Assembly: GCF_009914755.1 (NCBI RefSeq)
Contig: NC_060936.1
Reading direction: 5' to 3' (one strand)
DNA from: the human T2T-CHM13v2.0 reference genome, Homo sapiens
Length of the DNA: 64,000 nucleotides
Both the position numbers and the translations under genes were made by a program. Position 1 is the first letter of the stretch. Each line of letters starts with the position of its first letter. The notes under the pieces were generated by a model. That model was not told where the DNA came from and made no database searches. It saw only the letters and a list, made by a program, of their open reading frames with translations. Shown one piece after another: positions 29,770 to 43,957 of the stretch.

Positions 29770-30316
29770 TCACTTCAAAAGCCTAGAGTAATGGCGGCCG
29801 TCTCAGCTGTTTCTGCTTTCCCACTCCTTTTACTTTTCTTTCCTCCTACCTCCCCATTCTTGTCTGACCAATTTTTGGCAAGGCTGTTTCAATACATTCA
29901 TTTCTGAACTACAGCAGGATCATACCACTTGGGAAAGAGTTATCCTCGTTAATATTCAGACCTCTCATTGATAATTAGGAAGCAAGTCCAATTGGTTTCC
30001 TCACTTGGTTTCAATCATGCTGCCTAGTAATTTAGTGTGGTGGGGACATCAGTATCACTTTTTAATCATAAGTTTAAAATGTCTGGTTTCCCAGAGGAGT
30101 CCACTGTCTGGTGAGTAAACAGTGCTTTATTAATCGGTCCATATTTTTGGCTTTTACTTCCATAAATTTGCACCTTGATATGTGATTAAAAATCCACGTT
30201 ATGTATATGAATCACCAAGCTTCAAAGAGCCACACCTTATTTTAAGTATTTTGCATTTAATGAATTGTCTCCTCAATTTACTTAATTCATACCTTTTACA
30301 ACTTCATAGATTTTGG

Positions 30317-30632
<316 letters not shown>

Positions 30633-30837
30633 TTATGGCCTGTTTGCTTTTGACTTTTCTCCAACTACAGATTCTTAATCTCTTTCACATGACACATCCT
30701 CCATCCCATTTTTAGGGTCATTATCTTTCTTTGGGTGGTTATCAAGCAGCCACCATGTCGCTTTCTGCAAAGCCAAGAAAACGTTTTGTTTTCTCCCTAA
30801 ATGTTTTACCCTAAATTTTGGTTGTTTTATTTGTTTA

Positions 30838-31151
<314 letters not shown>

Positions 31152-33644
31152 TAAAGTGCAGTATCCCTTCCCTGAACTCTCATGGGGAGTTCAAAGTCAG
31201 CAAAGGGGGCAGAGGTTCCCCGGGTTACTTACTTTTTCCAACTTTTCTAGCTTGACCCTTGATTCCCGCAGGACTTCCTGGTGGATGTTTTCCAGTTCCA
31301 GTTATTTATCTGTGTCTTTTTTTTTAACTTATGTCTAGAACATCTTCTTCATTTACCTTTATTTTTTCCTTGTTCCTCTGCTTACCATGGTTCATCCCGT
31401 ATTTTGAATACAGATTGATCTGCCTAAGATTCTCCTTAAGCCCATTCACATTCAAATTCTGCTGCCAGGTCACAAAAGTTAACAAGGAAAGAACAAAGTA
31501 AAAAAAGGTTATTCTTTTCACATGTATCATCCTAGAGTACTCCTTTGACACTAATGATTTTCAAGAGAATGAAATGGTTCTCCACTTGAGCTCTGTTTTT
31601 ATGTATATAATCAACCCACATAGACCATATTTCCTCCCATCACTGGTATCTAATTTTCCAGCCTTCTCTACATTGCCTTGACCCCACCATTCCACCTCAC
31701 CCAAAAAATTGCAGAAGTAGCTGATAGGATGAGCCATGTCTCCAGGTGCAACATGCTGCCTGGACTGCACTGTGACCTGCCCTCTTCCTCTTCCTCACCT
31801 GACCAGACACACTTCATAGACTTCTTCACGCAAGTAGAGGCGTATTTAGAAAGAATGCCAGACCCTGAGGGGAGCCTGAATCTCCACTTTACTGCTGCAC
31901 AAGTCATGTCACCTCTCAAGGCTCCCATTTCTCTTCTGTAAAATATGAATGATAACTTTCACTAATTTTTGTAAAGCAGACATGATGGGAAATAATATAA
32001 CCTAGATAAGTGATTTGAAACTGTGAAGTGCTACTTATGAATGATGTTCTCCTCTCTTCTATTTTTATCGAATATTTTGTTTGGTTTTCCTCTAATATCC
32101 TTCCCTGGAGGTCAGTTGGGGCTTTGCTTTGAGCAGCCCATCCTCTTGATCTGCAGTTTGAATTTCGGGACTTTCAAGGACAAGTCCCTCCATAAATAGT
32201 CTTTATTTACTTTTCTTGTGGTCTTGTTGTTTGGTTGTTTTTTGTTTTGATACAAAATGTAGCCACTAAGCAGATGCAGATTGAATGTCCAGGCAATCTC
32301 TGGTCTTATCTATTCCCTGTGTTGACATAACACCAGAAACAATGGATTAGGTGTCCATGTGTGATGACCACAAGGGGTAGCTCAGCCACTGATAGGATAC
32401 CATCACCACAAAAGGGAATATATTTTCTCCAAACCGTGTTGAAAAATACAGGTTAGGCTGAGGCATCAATCCAGTGATGTTCGAAATATTAATTTTGTTT
32501 TTTGTATGAAGTTGTTACACAGGAAGCTTCTTAAAATCCTATGAATATTTTGACCGGATCTCATTTAAATGTTATTTCTAGTGCTATTACTTATAGAGAA
32601 ACTCTGGGAAACAAAGAAAAAGGAGGAACACTGTGAAATTACCCTTACTTCTTGGCAGAAAGATATATTTTGGTGATTTCATTTTGGCTTTCATTCAAGT
32701 ATAACTTTTACATGATTGTGCTCATATTATATGTATGTATATATGTGTGTTACTTTACATTCTATTTACATTGTAGTTTCTCATTTAGGATTTTACTATG
32801 TAGCCTGTATAGTATCAAAAATTACCTACAACTCTATAAATCTCATTTTAAGGACAGACTAATGTTTCATTAAAGATACACTATTGCATACTTAAACCAA
32901 TCTCCTTTTTATAGAACATTAAATTGGATTATTTTCCACTTTTTACTATTATCTGTGTCCACACCATTTATTAGCACTTTATTAATTCTACCTCCACAAA
33001 CAATAGGTAAAATGGACTGCCTCAACAAACTTGTCATCATTAAATATTATTCTTTTCCTTCTAGCTTTGTCCACTACATAGATAGAAAATAATTATTTCA
33101 ATGTACTTTGTATTACTTGACTATTGTTGGCATATTTTAATATTTCCTCAGTTTACTTCAAAAATCATTTAATAAACACAGCTAAGTGCTAAGCATTAGG
33201 AATAAAAAGACATAGTTTCTAACTTCCAGGGAATATTTGGCCTAGTGGTTGATGTCCTTTACTTATTTGTCTATTTGTATATGTTACTGATTTGAATGAC
33301 TTTATCACAAAAATAAAGGCATCAATATTCTGTCATAATTCTAGAAAATATTTTTCTTTCCCAGTTTGTGGTTTACCCTGTGTTTTATTCTTTTTAACTT
33401 TTTAAAATATACAGTAGATTGAGATTTTTATTTGTAATGTATTCTACTGCTCTTAATTTTAGAAATTCCTTTCCTAAAGGAATCAGAGAGAAATTAACCA
33501 ATATTTTCCTCTGTATTTTTAAAGACAATTTATTAAATTACCTGGAATTTGCTTTGGTGTATGATAATGGGATATCCTTTTTTTTTCAAAATAGCCCCAT
33601 GATTTGATTGAATATTCATTTCCTTTAGCATTAATAATGATTTA

Positions 33645-33941
33645 ATGTACAGCATGGTGAACATAGTTCATAATACCGTATTGTATACTTGAAATTTGCT
33701 AGGAAAGTAGATCTTAAGTGTTCTCACCACACACACACACACACAAATATATATACATACATATATATGTATATATACACACACATATATATAAACATAT
33801 ATATAATCTGGGGTGATGAATGTGTTAACTAGCTTGATTGTGGTAATCATTTCATAACATATATGTATATCAAGTCATCACATTGTACACCTTAAATATA
33901 TACAATTTTTATTATACTGCAATAAAGTTAGGGGAAAAAAA
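33645..33941 (+). mobile_element. L1MA 3' end with (CA)n/(TA)n microsatellite and AATAAA
   Basis: TATTGTATACTTGAAATTTGCT...GATCTTAAGTGTTCTCACCAC...TTGTACACCTTAAATATATACAATTTTTA. Confidence 0.85.
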
Positions 33942-34166
33942 TTCCACTGTTTTTTTAAAAAAGCCATGATGTTCTAAGCTCTGTTATTAATCAAAATACT
34001 TGTACAGTTGATTCTCTTGGATTTTCTAGTTATAAAACTGTGTCTCTGTAAATAATGAAAATGGTTTCCTTTAACACCAGATCTTGATCATTAAAATTGT
34101 CATAGTATAAAATATTATATCTTTGCACATGTCTGCTCTGAAACCTGTTTTTGTCTTTTGTTCCAG

Positions 34167-34271
34167 GAGCAGTACATTTTTATCCATCAGTGTGTGCAAC
34201 TGATGTGGATGAAGAAGAAGCAGCAGTTCTGCATCAGTGATGTCATATACGAGAATGTTAGCAAGTCCTAG
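34167..34271 (+). CDS. PTPRO: PTPRO last coding exon ([34 protein letters not shown])
   Basis: CAG acceptor at 34164-66, TAG at 34269-71; completes the Q-loop QTEEQY; C-terminal YENV motif typical of R3 RPTPs; exon continues to a donor after 34287. Confidence 0.97.
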   Translation, partial: EQYIFIHQCVQLMWMKKKQQFCISDVIYENVSKS

Positions 34272-36590
34272 TTCAGAATCCGGAGCAGTAAGTGGAGAAG
34301 AGCTCTCCACGAGTGTTCAGTCTTAGAACTATTAGAGGGGGATGTGATGGATGGGACAAAAGACAGCAGTAGCCATTTGTATTGACTCTGACTTCACATG
34401 AGTATTTCTTCCCAGCTCCTGGCCTCACATGGGTGGTCACAGGGAGAAACAAGTACTGTAGCAGATCTTTGAGTTTCAATGCACCTTGGTTGGTGTTGGC
34501 AACAAACAGGAGCTTCTGCACATCATGATGACTTTACCTCCATTCCCTCTACCCAGAACCCTAAATTATTCTGTTATTGGATCTGTGCCTGTAATATCAG
34601 GATACTACCATCCAAATCTATCTAGATATCTTGTGCAAATATTTTATTGATTACAAGGGCTGTATACGGGGTTACAAAAAGACATGAGCTGGATTGGACA
34701 CTCCTAAAACCAAAAACAACAGTGACAATAGAGTCTCAGGATAGCAGAGTCTGAAAATACCTTGGTCTCCCCCATTATGTGAGCCCTTATTTGAGAGCTT
34801 CATGAAGACACTTGTAACATATTCAACGTCCTGTACTCCAGTTTTGACTACGAGATCAGATTTTGGAGGTGTAAGTAATCTTGGCTGAGGTAACAGTAAT
34901 CTGCCCATTTAGTTCAGTAAACAGACTGTAGAGTGTCTGACTATACTGGGGGAAGAGGAGCCAATGACAGGGTAGGGAGATGACAGTGGTGCATGATGGG
35001 AGAATCATGAAAGTCTGGGAAGCATATGGACCAGTGGGAAGGATAGGATTAGCACTGCACCTCTACATCCATCAAGAGAGACAGAGCGCACAATGGAGCA
35101 GGAAGGATAAAAAATAAAGAAAGACAGAGACAAACAAATTTGCTGGGAGAGGGAAAGACATTCAGACCCACAGAAAGGAGGCAGCACACAGAGAAAGATG
35201 CACAGATCAACCCACATCTGCATGGGTTGTGAGACTGAGCATAGTGAGAGCAGTGGTGGAGCAATAGAAGATTGCTGTGACACCAGGCTGCTTACTGTCT
35301 TTCTTTGTCTCATTCACAGGAGAGGACATGATGTGCGCCCATCCTCCCTTGCTTCCAGATTGTTTTAGTGGGCCCTGATGGTCATTTTTCTAAACAGAGG
35401 CCCTGCTTTGTAATATGTGGCCAAGGAGATAATTTATCTCACAGAAGCACCGGGAAGACTTAGCCTTAAAGAGCCTACAGTGTCCTTTTGGACTCTTTCA
35501 CTTCGGGACATTTAATAATGGACCAAATTCAACAGAACACCAGGAAGGTCAAGACGCTCTCCAAAGGGCAGGAAGTACAGCACTTCCGAAGAGTTTAGTT
35601 GGCCCTTTGCTGGTTGGGCTGAGTTTTTTATTTTTAAGTGTTTGTTTTTCAGTGCAATAATTTTTGTGTGTGTGTGATTCTTATCAGAAAGTTGAATTGT
35701 TTTCTGCCTACACCGTTCATCAGCCCCATAACCCAGGAAGGAACAGGCATTGTTAGCATCAGATTATACCTCATTATTAAAAGGAGGCATGGCCACACAT
35801 GAAGAAATGGTCATTCTACTTCAAAGAAATTGAGCCAGCACTATCTGTACTCCAACATTACCGGATCTGGATTGGGGAGGTTGGTCAGGGAAGAGAGGGG
35901 TTCTACCCACAGATCAACTGTGTAATCTTTTACTATTCAAGCTATAATTCAGCTTCAAAGTAGAGTAGAAAAAAAATTGTCTTAACTGTTCTAGTTCTTG
36001 ATGGTTTTCTTCCTTATTAACAGTTGGTGTTTCTTCCTTGGCCCTTTTGGACTAATGTTACTGTCCAAGTTCTTTCTCAAGAAACCACATCTGGTTCAGA
36101 AGAGTGTCAAGTTGGACTCTTTGAACTCTGTTGCTGTCTGAGCAATCGTGGTGCCTAGACTTTGCATTCCTTGTTCTGTTGACCTGCATACATGTGAGAG
36201 CTATTTCTTTAAGAACTATATAGGCTGTGAAAACGCACTTTCTTTCCCCCAAAGAGCTGGGAATTTATGAAGTTATGGCAATGAACTGCAGCATGCTGGG
36301 ACAATTATTTGACTACTTTTTTTTGTAATATTGTCAAATGTCTCTATGGATTCTGACAGAGATTTCTTTTTGTTTTGTTATTCTTTTGGTTGTCAGTTTC
36401 ATTTTAACGAGTGTAACTAGTAACATTTTATTCTTTGGATTTTGTATAATTACAGTACATGATTGTGTATTGTGACATGAATGCTGTCAAAATGACATTG
36501 ATGGCATTGTGAAGCCTGTTACTTTGTGTCACTTCCTGATAAATAAGAGGTGATGACATGGATATACAACAGAAAACACTTTGAGTTGAA

Positions 36591-36596
36591 AGTAAA
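36591..36596 (+). terminator. Candidate proximal PTPRO poly(A) signal (AGTAAA variant)
   Basis: Known variant hexamer with GU-rich sequence downstream and TGTA elements upstream. Confidence 0.5.
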
Positions 36597-37539
36597 CACA
36601 AGCTGGCTGCTTCCCTGTGGCAACTGTGGCTATTGTGAGCCTCCGTGTGTGTGCTTCCAGGAGGCTTTGCTCCTCTTCATGCACCCAACACTGCCCCTTC
36701 CCTGGCTTCCCTCCATCCCTGATCATCTTCATGAAGCCACAGATATAAGATCAGCTTAATATTTTATCAGTGACCTTAGTGTTGGTGAAGGATGCCAAAT
36801 GAACAGCTCTGCACCCCACCGTCTCTTGTCACTGAAAAGGCTTGGCCATGGCAGACCTTGGCAGAGTTTCTTGCAAGATCTGGCCAGTGAGTCTCAGTTT
36901 CACCTTGCAGGGTGAATGGCAGAGGATGCCCATACCCTGCAGGTTAACAGCTTGGGCTCCTCAGGGGTTGTCAGTTCCTACTCACCTCCCTGCTACCACC
37001 TCCTCCTCTTCTTCTCACCCCCGACTCCTTTATTTCCCTTTTTGGACATTTTAATAATATGTCGCACCATTCTCAGGAACAAACATGGTTAATGAAAGGT
37101 GGCAAAGGGATGTGTGACATTCTTAGATTTTCACACATGGGCAGTCAGGAGTGAAATGTGCAACCTTGGAAGAGCTGATACAATGTATGGTAAGCTGAAG
37201 TACGTTTCCAACACTGCTGCTCAGAGCATACAGAAGTTTTGCATCCTGGAACATTGCTTCCCATGAAACAAAGCACTTCATAAATATTTTATGTTTTTCT
37301 TGAGCACCCTTTCAAGGTAGGGATCAAATAGTGCCAGATCAATTTTCCCAAAAGGAAAGAGGAAGTATCCAGAGTTTAGACTGAAGGCTTAGAGTCAAAA
37401 CTACAGGAAGGTCACACTGTTCTCTGGAACACTGTTGCTCTTCAGTTTGTAGAGTTTATGATGGAAAAGGCATCAGTCTGTCAAAAGACTTGTTTAATCC
37501 TGATAATGACTTTGGAATTATCTCTCCTGGGTCTCAGTT

Positions 37540-37545
37540 AATAAA
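37540..37545 (+). terminator. Candidate PTPRO poly(A) signal AATAAA
   Basis: First canonical hexamer I could find after the last acceptor; GU/U-rich tract at about 37620-37650. Confidence 0.6.
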
Positions 37546-37887
37546 CTGAAGAATGACCTAATCATAACTCCATATCTTGCAACAGGTATAAGAAGTATCA
37601 GATACGATAATTGACCCAAAGGTGCTTTGTGTCTTGTTCTCTCATGTATGTTCCGTAAGGCTACTCTAACCAGTTCTGTTTCCACACCAGGACCCAAATT
37701 TAAGCATTCAGAAGGGAGGCTTCCAGAGCCTCTGTATTATTAACTAGGGTTTTTAAAATTCATTTGAGTAATGCTTTGTTCTAAAAGAACACAGGGGCCT
37801 TAGTGCATGTGTTCATAATAGCCTGTATGGCACACAAAAAGATCTAAAAACTTGAGCGTTACAAAACATTTCATTTTGAGTGCTATT

Positions 37888-38197
37888 TTTTTTTTCTTTT
37901 TTTTTTGAGACAGATCCTCTCTCTGTTGCCCAGGCTGGGGTGTATTGATGCAATGGCGTGACCTTGGCTCACTGCAACCTCCACCTCCCAGGTTTAAGCG
38001 ATTCTCCTGCCTCAGCCTCCTGAGTAGCTGGGATTACAGGTGCGTGCCACCACGCCCAGCGAATTTTTTGTATTTTTAGTAGAAACAGGGTTTCACCATG
38101 TTGGCCTGGCTGGTCTCAAACTCCTGACCTCAGGTGACCCCCCCACCTCAGCCTCCCAAAGTGCTGGAATTACAGGTGTGAGCCACCACACCAGGCC
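37888..38197 (-). mobile_element. AluS
   Basis: Alu consensus; TSD TTGAG(T/G)GCTATT. Confidence 0.93.
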
Positions 38198-41100
38198 TTG
38201 AGGGCTATTGAGATCAAATTCCTTGGCTGCAAAAGATAATTTATGAAGTTAATTGAGAAACTACCATTAGGATCTAATTAATAAATGTAATAGTTGACAG
38301 CAGTATATCCATTACTTCATATGATGATTTCGTTTAACTTGAAAAAAGTGATGGATGACAGCATTTTTTGGAAAAGCATTTTAATTCGGGGTCTACAATT
38401 TCCCACTGTAAAGACAACATTGCCTCCAAAATGTAAAACTAGAAAAGTTACTACTTTTTTTTAATGTCAGATTTTATAATGTCTCTCCTTTCCTAAAAGC
38501 TGTTCCTACTCCCAAAAAGGTGACACAGCTCTCAAATGAGGCTGTGGTGTCAACAGGCAAAGCAGGATCAGATGCTTTGGATTTGAATTTTCTGCAGGCT
38601 ACTTGATAGCTGCTTGCTAGAGGATTGGCCCTTAGCCAAGGAGTTAAAGTTACTGAGTCCAACCTCTAAGAGCCAAAATTCTCCCTGCTTTCTAGCAAGG
38701 AGGCCTTCCTTTACACCTCAGGAAATGTCTGATGTAATGTGCTTCAAATAGCTGGCTCGCTTCCTAGCTCACAGATCTCTAGTCTGGTACTTGGCACAGC
38801 GATGAAGTCTGAGAGTCATGCCCATCGCTGATTATAACATTCACTTTGGCCAAAGGGGTTATAAAGCAACAAAATATAACATGCAAAACCTGCAGACTTC
38901 CACCCCTGACTTCTAATAGCCTCATTTGGAACCATTTGAAGGAAATTTCAGCTGTGACATCTCTGACCCCTGGCCTTCCAGAACAGTAAGATTTTTTGCT
39001 TTTAGTTTTATCTGGTGATTATCACAAGGCCTTTTCCTGGTGGGTCACTGGATTAAAGATGAAGTATAAGGTTTAACTCTGGGAGTTGCATTACAGGAGG
39101 GTCATGAACAGACTGAAGGCTGTCCAGACATTGTCACTAGAACCACCGGAAATGTGGAGAAATAACAGGTTATGATAACAAAACCTGGGAAAACTGGGGC
39201 TATTAAATCTGGAGTAAAGGAAGTCATTTATTGAATCACTCAGTCAACAAATGTGTGTTTATCTAATCATATTGTAGGAATCACTCAATCAATCCATCTA
39301 AGGTTTCTTGACCACTTGCAATATGCTAGGCCCTATGGTAAGCACAAATATGAAGGCTTTTAAAAATAGGCTATATAATCAGTTTTAATACTGTTGTTGG
39401 AATGTTCAAGAAAGCCTTAGTCAAGTCTTTTTCAACATTTTTATTTATATCTTCCAAAACTTCGTCAACCTATCTTCTGGACATACCCACCAGCCATCAT
39501 ATTTAATGATGTTCAATATTTTCCTCAATGGCTTATATAACAGAAACAACAAATGTTCATTGTTTTTTTACTCATAAACCACTAGAAAGCCTGACATGAT
39601 CGCTCTTGCTTGATGAGAGTCACCAAACTAGTCCTGCCCTCCTGCTCATAACAAGAGTCTCCTCCACCGTGTTCCTGGTGGATGGCTAATTCTTTTCTAC
39701 AGAACACTTTTAGAGGGAGGAATTGCTTCTAAGGTAGCAAAGCATTTTTTCTTTTGTTTACACATCCAAGGACCTTACTAATATTAAGAATGTATGAGTC
39801 TGTGCCCCTCATGGGCATAGGCTTGAAGCCCAAATCTACTTCCCCATCTTGGAAAAAAAAAAAAAAGATCAGGTTCTGTGGCTGCTTTGAATACCGGACT
39901 GGCTTCTCACTTGGCAGCAAAGGAGATGGCACCTGACTCAGGGAGCAATGGGGGTTTCTTTCTAATGTGCTAATCCCTTTATGTTCATATCCTCAACTTC
40001 AAAACATCATTAGGAAGTGAGAATACTCATTTCCCAGGTGACGAAGTTGAGAGACAATAAGGTGAAGAGGCAGCGTAGTTAAATTACAACTACAGGGTTA
40101 GAAAGTGGCAGAAGCAGGATTCCCGGCCAGCTCTGCCCAGCCCTAAACCTTTTCCCCCACAACTTCATGCTGTTTCTCGTTCATACTTAGCATGGATAAA
40201 GTGCAGTAGGATGGAATTAATAGATTCATCTCCAGGTAATGTGTTTAATATAGAGGGCAGACATTCAATTTGAGAAATGGTAAATCTCTAACCTTCTAAG
40301 AAAATCATTTATTTATTGAACCTTTCATGCCAGGCACCGTAGAAGGGGCTATGGCTATGAAGATGGATGCAACAAGATTCTTGCTTCTAGTTTACATTCT
40401 AATAGGGGAAATCAGAAGTAAAAATAAGGGCAACAAAGTGTAACAGACACCGTGATAGAAACACAAAAAGTATCCAATATAGGTCCAAGGGAAGGATAGG
40501 TGATCTTTTTTTTCTAGAAGGGTCAGGAAACACTATACTACTATATTAAAGTACTAATAACTATAGGGCCACATTAAGCAATACTAAAGAGGAACATTCA
40601 TTGCTCATTCAGCAAACATGAAACACCCAGTATGCATCAGTCACTGGGGCCCATATGGATGACTAATCCTCCCACCCTGCCTTCTGAACCTATTCTTCTT
40701 GGCACCTTCCAAGGGGACCATTTCTCTTAAGATGTCCACAAACAGCTCCAGCTCATGTATCACTCAGCAGAATCTAGTGGATTTACTCTTACTGCAAACC
40801 TAACAGAGCATACTGGGACTACTTTTCAAGACCCTTTGCAGAGTTCTGGGCAATGGAATGTGTGCTTCCTGGCCTCTGGACCATGAAAATTACCCAGGAG
40901 CAACCTTCCATTCCACCCTCCCCCACCCCTCTTCTTTCTTGTCTCTCTCTCTCTGTGTGTGTGTGAGTGTGAATGTGTGTATGTCTCTTTCTCTCTCTCC
41001 CTCTCCTCTACCCCAACACAGATGGTGGTGCCACAGATAGGAGGACTCTGGGTCCCTGAATCACCACTTGGGGCAGGGATATCTGGTAGCATTGGCCCAT

Positions 41101-41378
41101 TATGTGATCAAGAAATAGATTTCTATTGCATTGTCACTGAAACTTGGTCATTGTCAGTTACAGCAATCAACCTGCCCTTAACTAATATGGCAGCACAAGG
41201 ATAACCTTTACAACAATGTTCCGTCTAAGTTACAATAGGAAGTTTTCAGAGCAATGGTGTGTGACTGCCCAGTAAAATTCCCAGAAGACAGTTAAAGATG
41301 AAGCAGTGCAGAGCAAAGTAAACCCACAATGCAAAACAAGGGTTCAGGAAAGGCCACAAAAGCAATAATGGTTCCTTT

Positions 41379-41388
41379 AATAAATAAA
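41379..41388 (+). terminator. Candidate distal PTPRO poly(A) signal (overlapping AATAAATAAA)
   Basis: Two overlapping hexamers followed by U/GU-rich sequence. Confidence 0.4.
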
Positions 41389-42073
41389 CTTTTTAACAGA
41401 AATATATGAATTCTTCTTTATAAGTTGTTTTCCTCCAGGTTAGATCTCTCCTGATCTTTTGGTTGTCATTGCTTTTCACACCCCATCATAAGACCATGAC
41501 TCAGGACACCCACTAGAACTTCTTACCCTTACACTAGGCCATTGCCTCTGAATCAGACTCCTGGATTCCTATTAACAATATACCCCAAAGTGGTTTCACA
41601 TCAACAAAAGCTCACACATACAGGAGCCCATGAGGCTTGGTGTTTGGAGTGATGCTGGGCAACCCAATCCTTTACATTTCGTGCGTGTCCTGGTGCGTTC
41701 CAGGGCCATGGTCACAGTTCAAAGCCAGCTGACACGAAATATTTTTGTTCAGTTCTAAGAGCACCAAAAAGTTCAAAGGGCAGTTTAAACTAGAAAAAGT
41801 TAACTGTAACCACTACATCCTTTATAAATATAAAACAGGATGGTCTTAGAAAGGTTCCTTCATGTCCAAAACCAAATTAGATCATATTGCCCCTTAACCA
41901 ATGAACTTGGGAAGTGACACAGGACAGGGTCCAGCAGGACAGCAGAGCAGAGGGGCTTAGAATAAGGGACTGTGGTTGAAGAGAGGCTTGAGCTAAGTCT
42001 CTGCTCCTGACTACATATAACTCAGTCATCTAATCTATGAAATGACATCCTGATGGTAGCTTTCACATAGGGA

Positions 42074-42413
42074 GTCTTAGTCAGGGCTGCTGTAACAAAG
42101 CACCATAAACTAGGTGGCTTTAAATATTTCTTACAGTTCTGGAGGCAGTAAGTCCAAGATCAAGATGCCAGCATGGTCGGTTCTGGTGAGAGCCCTCTTC
42201 TGGGTAGCAGACAGCTGCCTTCTTGTATGCTTACATGGCAGAAACAAGGCAAGAGAGCTCTCTGGGGTTCCTTTTATCTGGGCACTGATCCTATTCATGA
42301 AGGTTCCACCTTTATGATATAATTACTTCCCAAAGGCCCCACCTTCTAATATCATTACATTAGGGATTAGGATTTCAACATATGAATTTTGGGGGCAAAT
42401 TCAGTCCATTGCA
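42074..42413 (-). mobile_element. MLT1A-type MaLR LTR
   Basis: GGGCTGCTGTAACAAAGCACCATAAACTAGGTGGCTT...ATTTCAACATATGAATTTTGGGG. Confidence 0.8.
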
Positions 42414-43654
42414 TAGGGCATCAGAAGATAACATGTGTAAGGATCTGAAAACAATACCAGGAATAGTTTAGTACATTACATACCACCCTGTTACAAGCCA
42501 ATCTCCCACAGTCTCTAAGGGCCATCCTGATAGTCTTCAATAGACTTGGTAAGAGCATCTGAAGCTGGTATCTGACCTAGACTGACTGGGTTTTTCCAGG
42601 GTGACACCTGAACCCCCTCCCCTGGCAGCTACCCTCACAGTCACAGACCTTGGAATATAAAAGAGGTATAGTCTGTGACCCAATGTGGATGACCTTGTGT
42701 CATAGGCATTTGATGCAAAAGCAGAAGCTAGTGTTCCAGATAAGAGTCCTGGATTTCCCAGGCCTGGATTTCCAATTCTTTACTAGCAAATGTATTACCA
42801 ATGTGTGTGTTTTATGTCCAGTGTATGTAATCTATGCTAGCGGGTTTCCCAGAAAAGCAATGTCAGCACCTAATTTACATTCCATGAAGACGTCTGCAGC
42901 TGTACAGATAATCTGCACAAATTCCTTGCACTAAAACTATATCTAGAGAGCTGACTGCTTCTAAGACAAGACAGCCAATTTGTACAAACCTTAATATGTA
43001 CATACGCCTGGGTCAAGTTAAGAAGAGATGCTTGGCGTGAACAGACACCGCTTGTGAGCACCACTTAATCCCTCTGTGAACTGGTTTCCTTGTTTGTTAA
43101 TGGCAATAATAAGAGCCTCCTCCACAGGGCTGCACTGAGGATTAAATGTAAAGCCCTTGGCATGGTGCCTGGTGGTCTGAGGGTACAGAATGGCATAATT
43201 TAGAAAGTATAGTCTTCAGAGTCACAGAACTCTGTGCTCTTATGCTGACTAGCAGTGTGGCCTTGAGAAGTCACCTACTATTTCTCAGCCTAAGTGTTCC
43301 CACAATAAAAAAATAATATCTACGTTTTCAAGTTGTGGTAAAACTTATAACTGGTTGTGTAAAGCACCGGCCAAAAACCTGGCAGAGTCAGCATAGCATA
43401 AATGCAGTATGATTCTTCAAATTTCCAAATCTCTCCCTCTCTTAGTGCATTTAGGCCACCAAACCCACCTACTCCTTTCAGTACCAAGACATCTACAGAG
43501 TGAGTGTGCCCCTTTGATTTCTCAGTCCCACATGGGCGCCCTTAGCATGAGCATGCCCCCTACACAAGGTCAGCTCCCAGAGCAGCAGTAACAACCCAAC
43601 CCATGAAGTGCTGCCACACTTGGAGTCAGCAGCTCCCGTAAGAGGCAGAGGTTT

Positions 43655-43957
<303 letters not shown>

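Larger units (their letters stand above)
35320..37565 (+). other. PTPRO: PTPRO non-coding terminal exon (3'UTR); end approximate
   Basis: GCA|GTAAGT donor at 34287/8; pyrimidine tract + CAG at 35317-19; repeat-poor U-rich sequence up to AATAAA at 37540. Confidence 0.8.

Noticed and set aside
29361-29786. Overlapping 71-107 aa ORFs in the CpG-rich segment
   Set aside because: No recognisable homology; higher GC content explains the scarcity of stops
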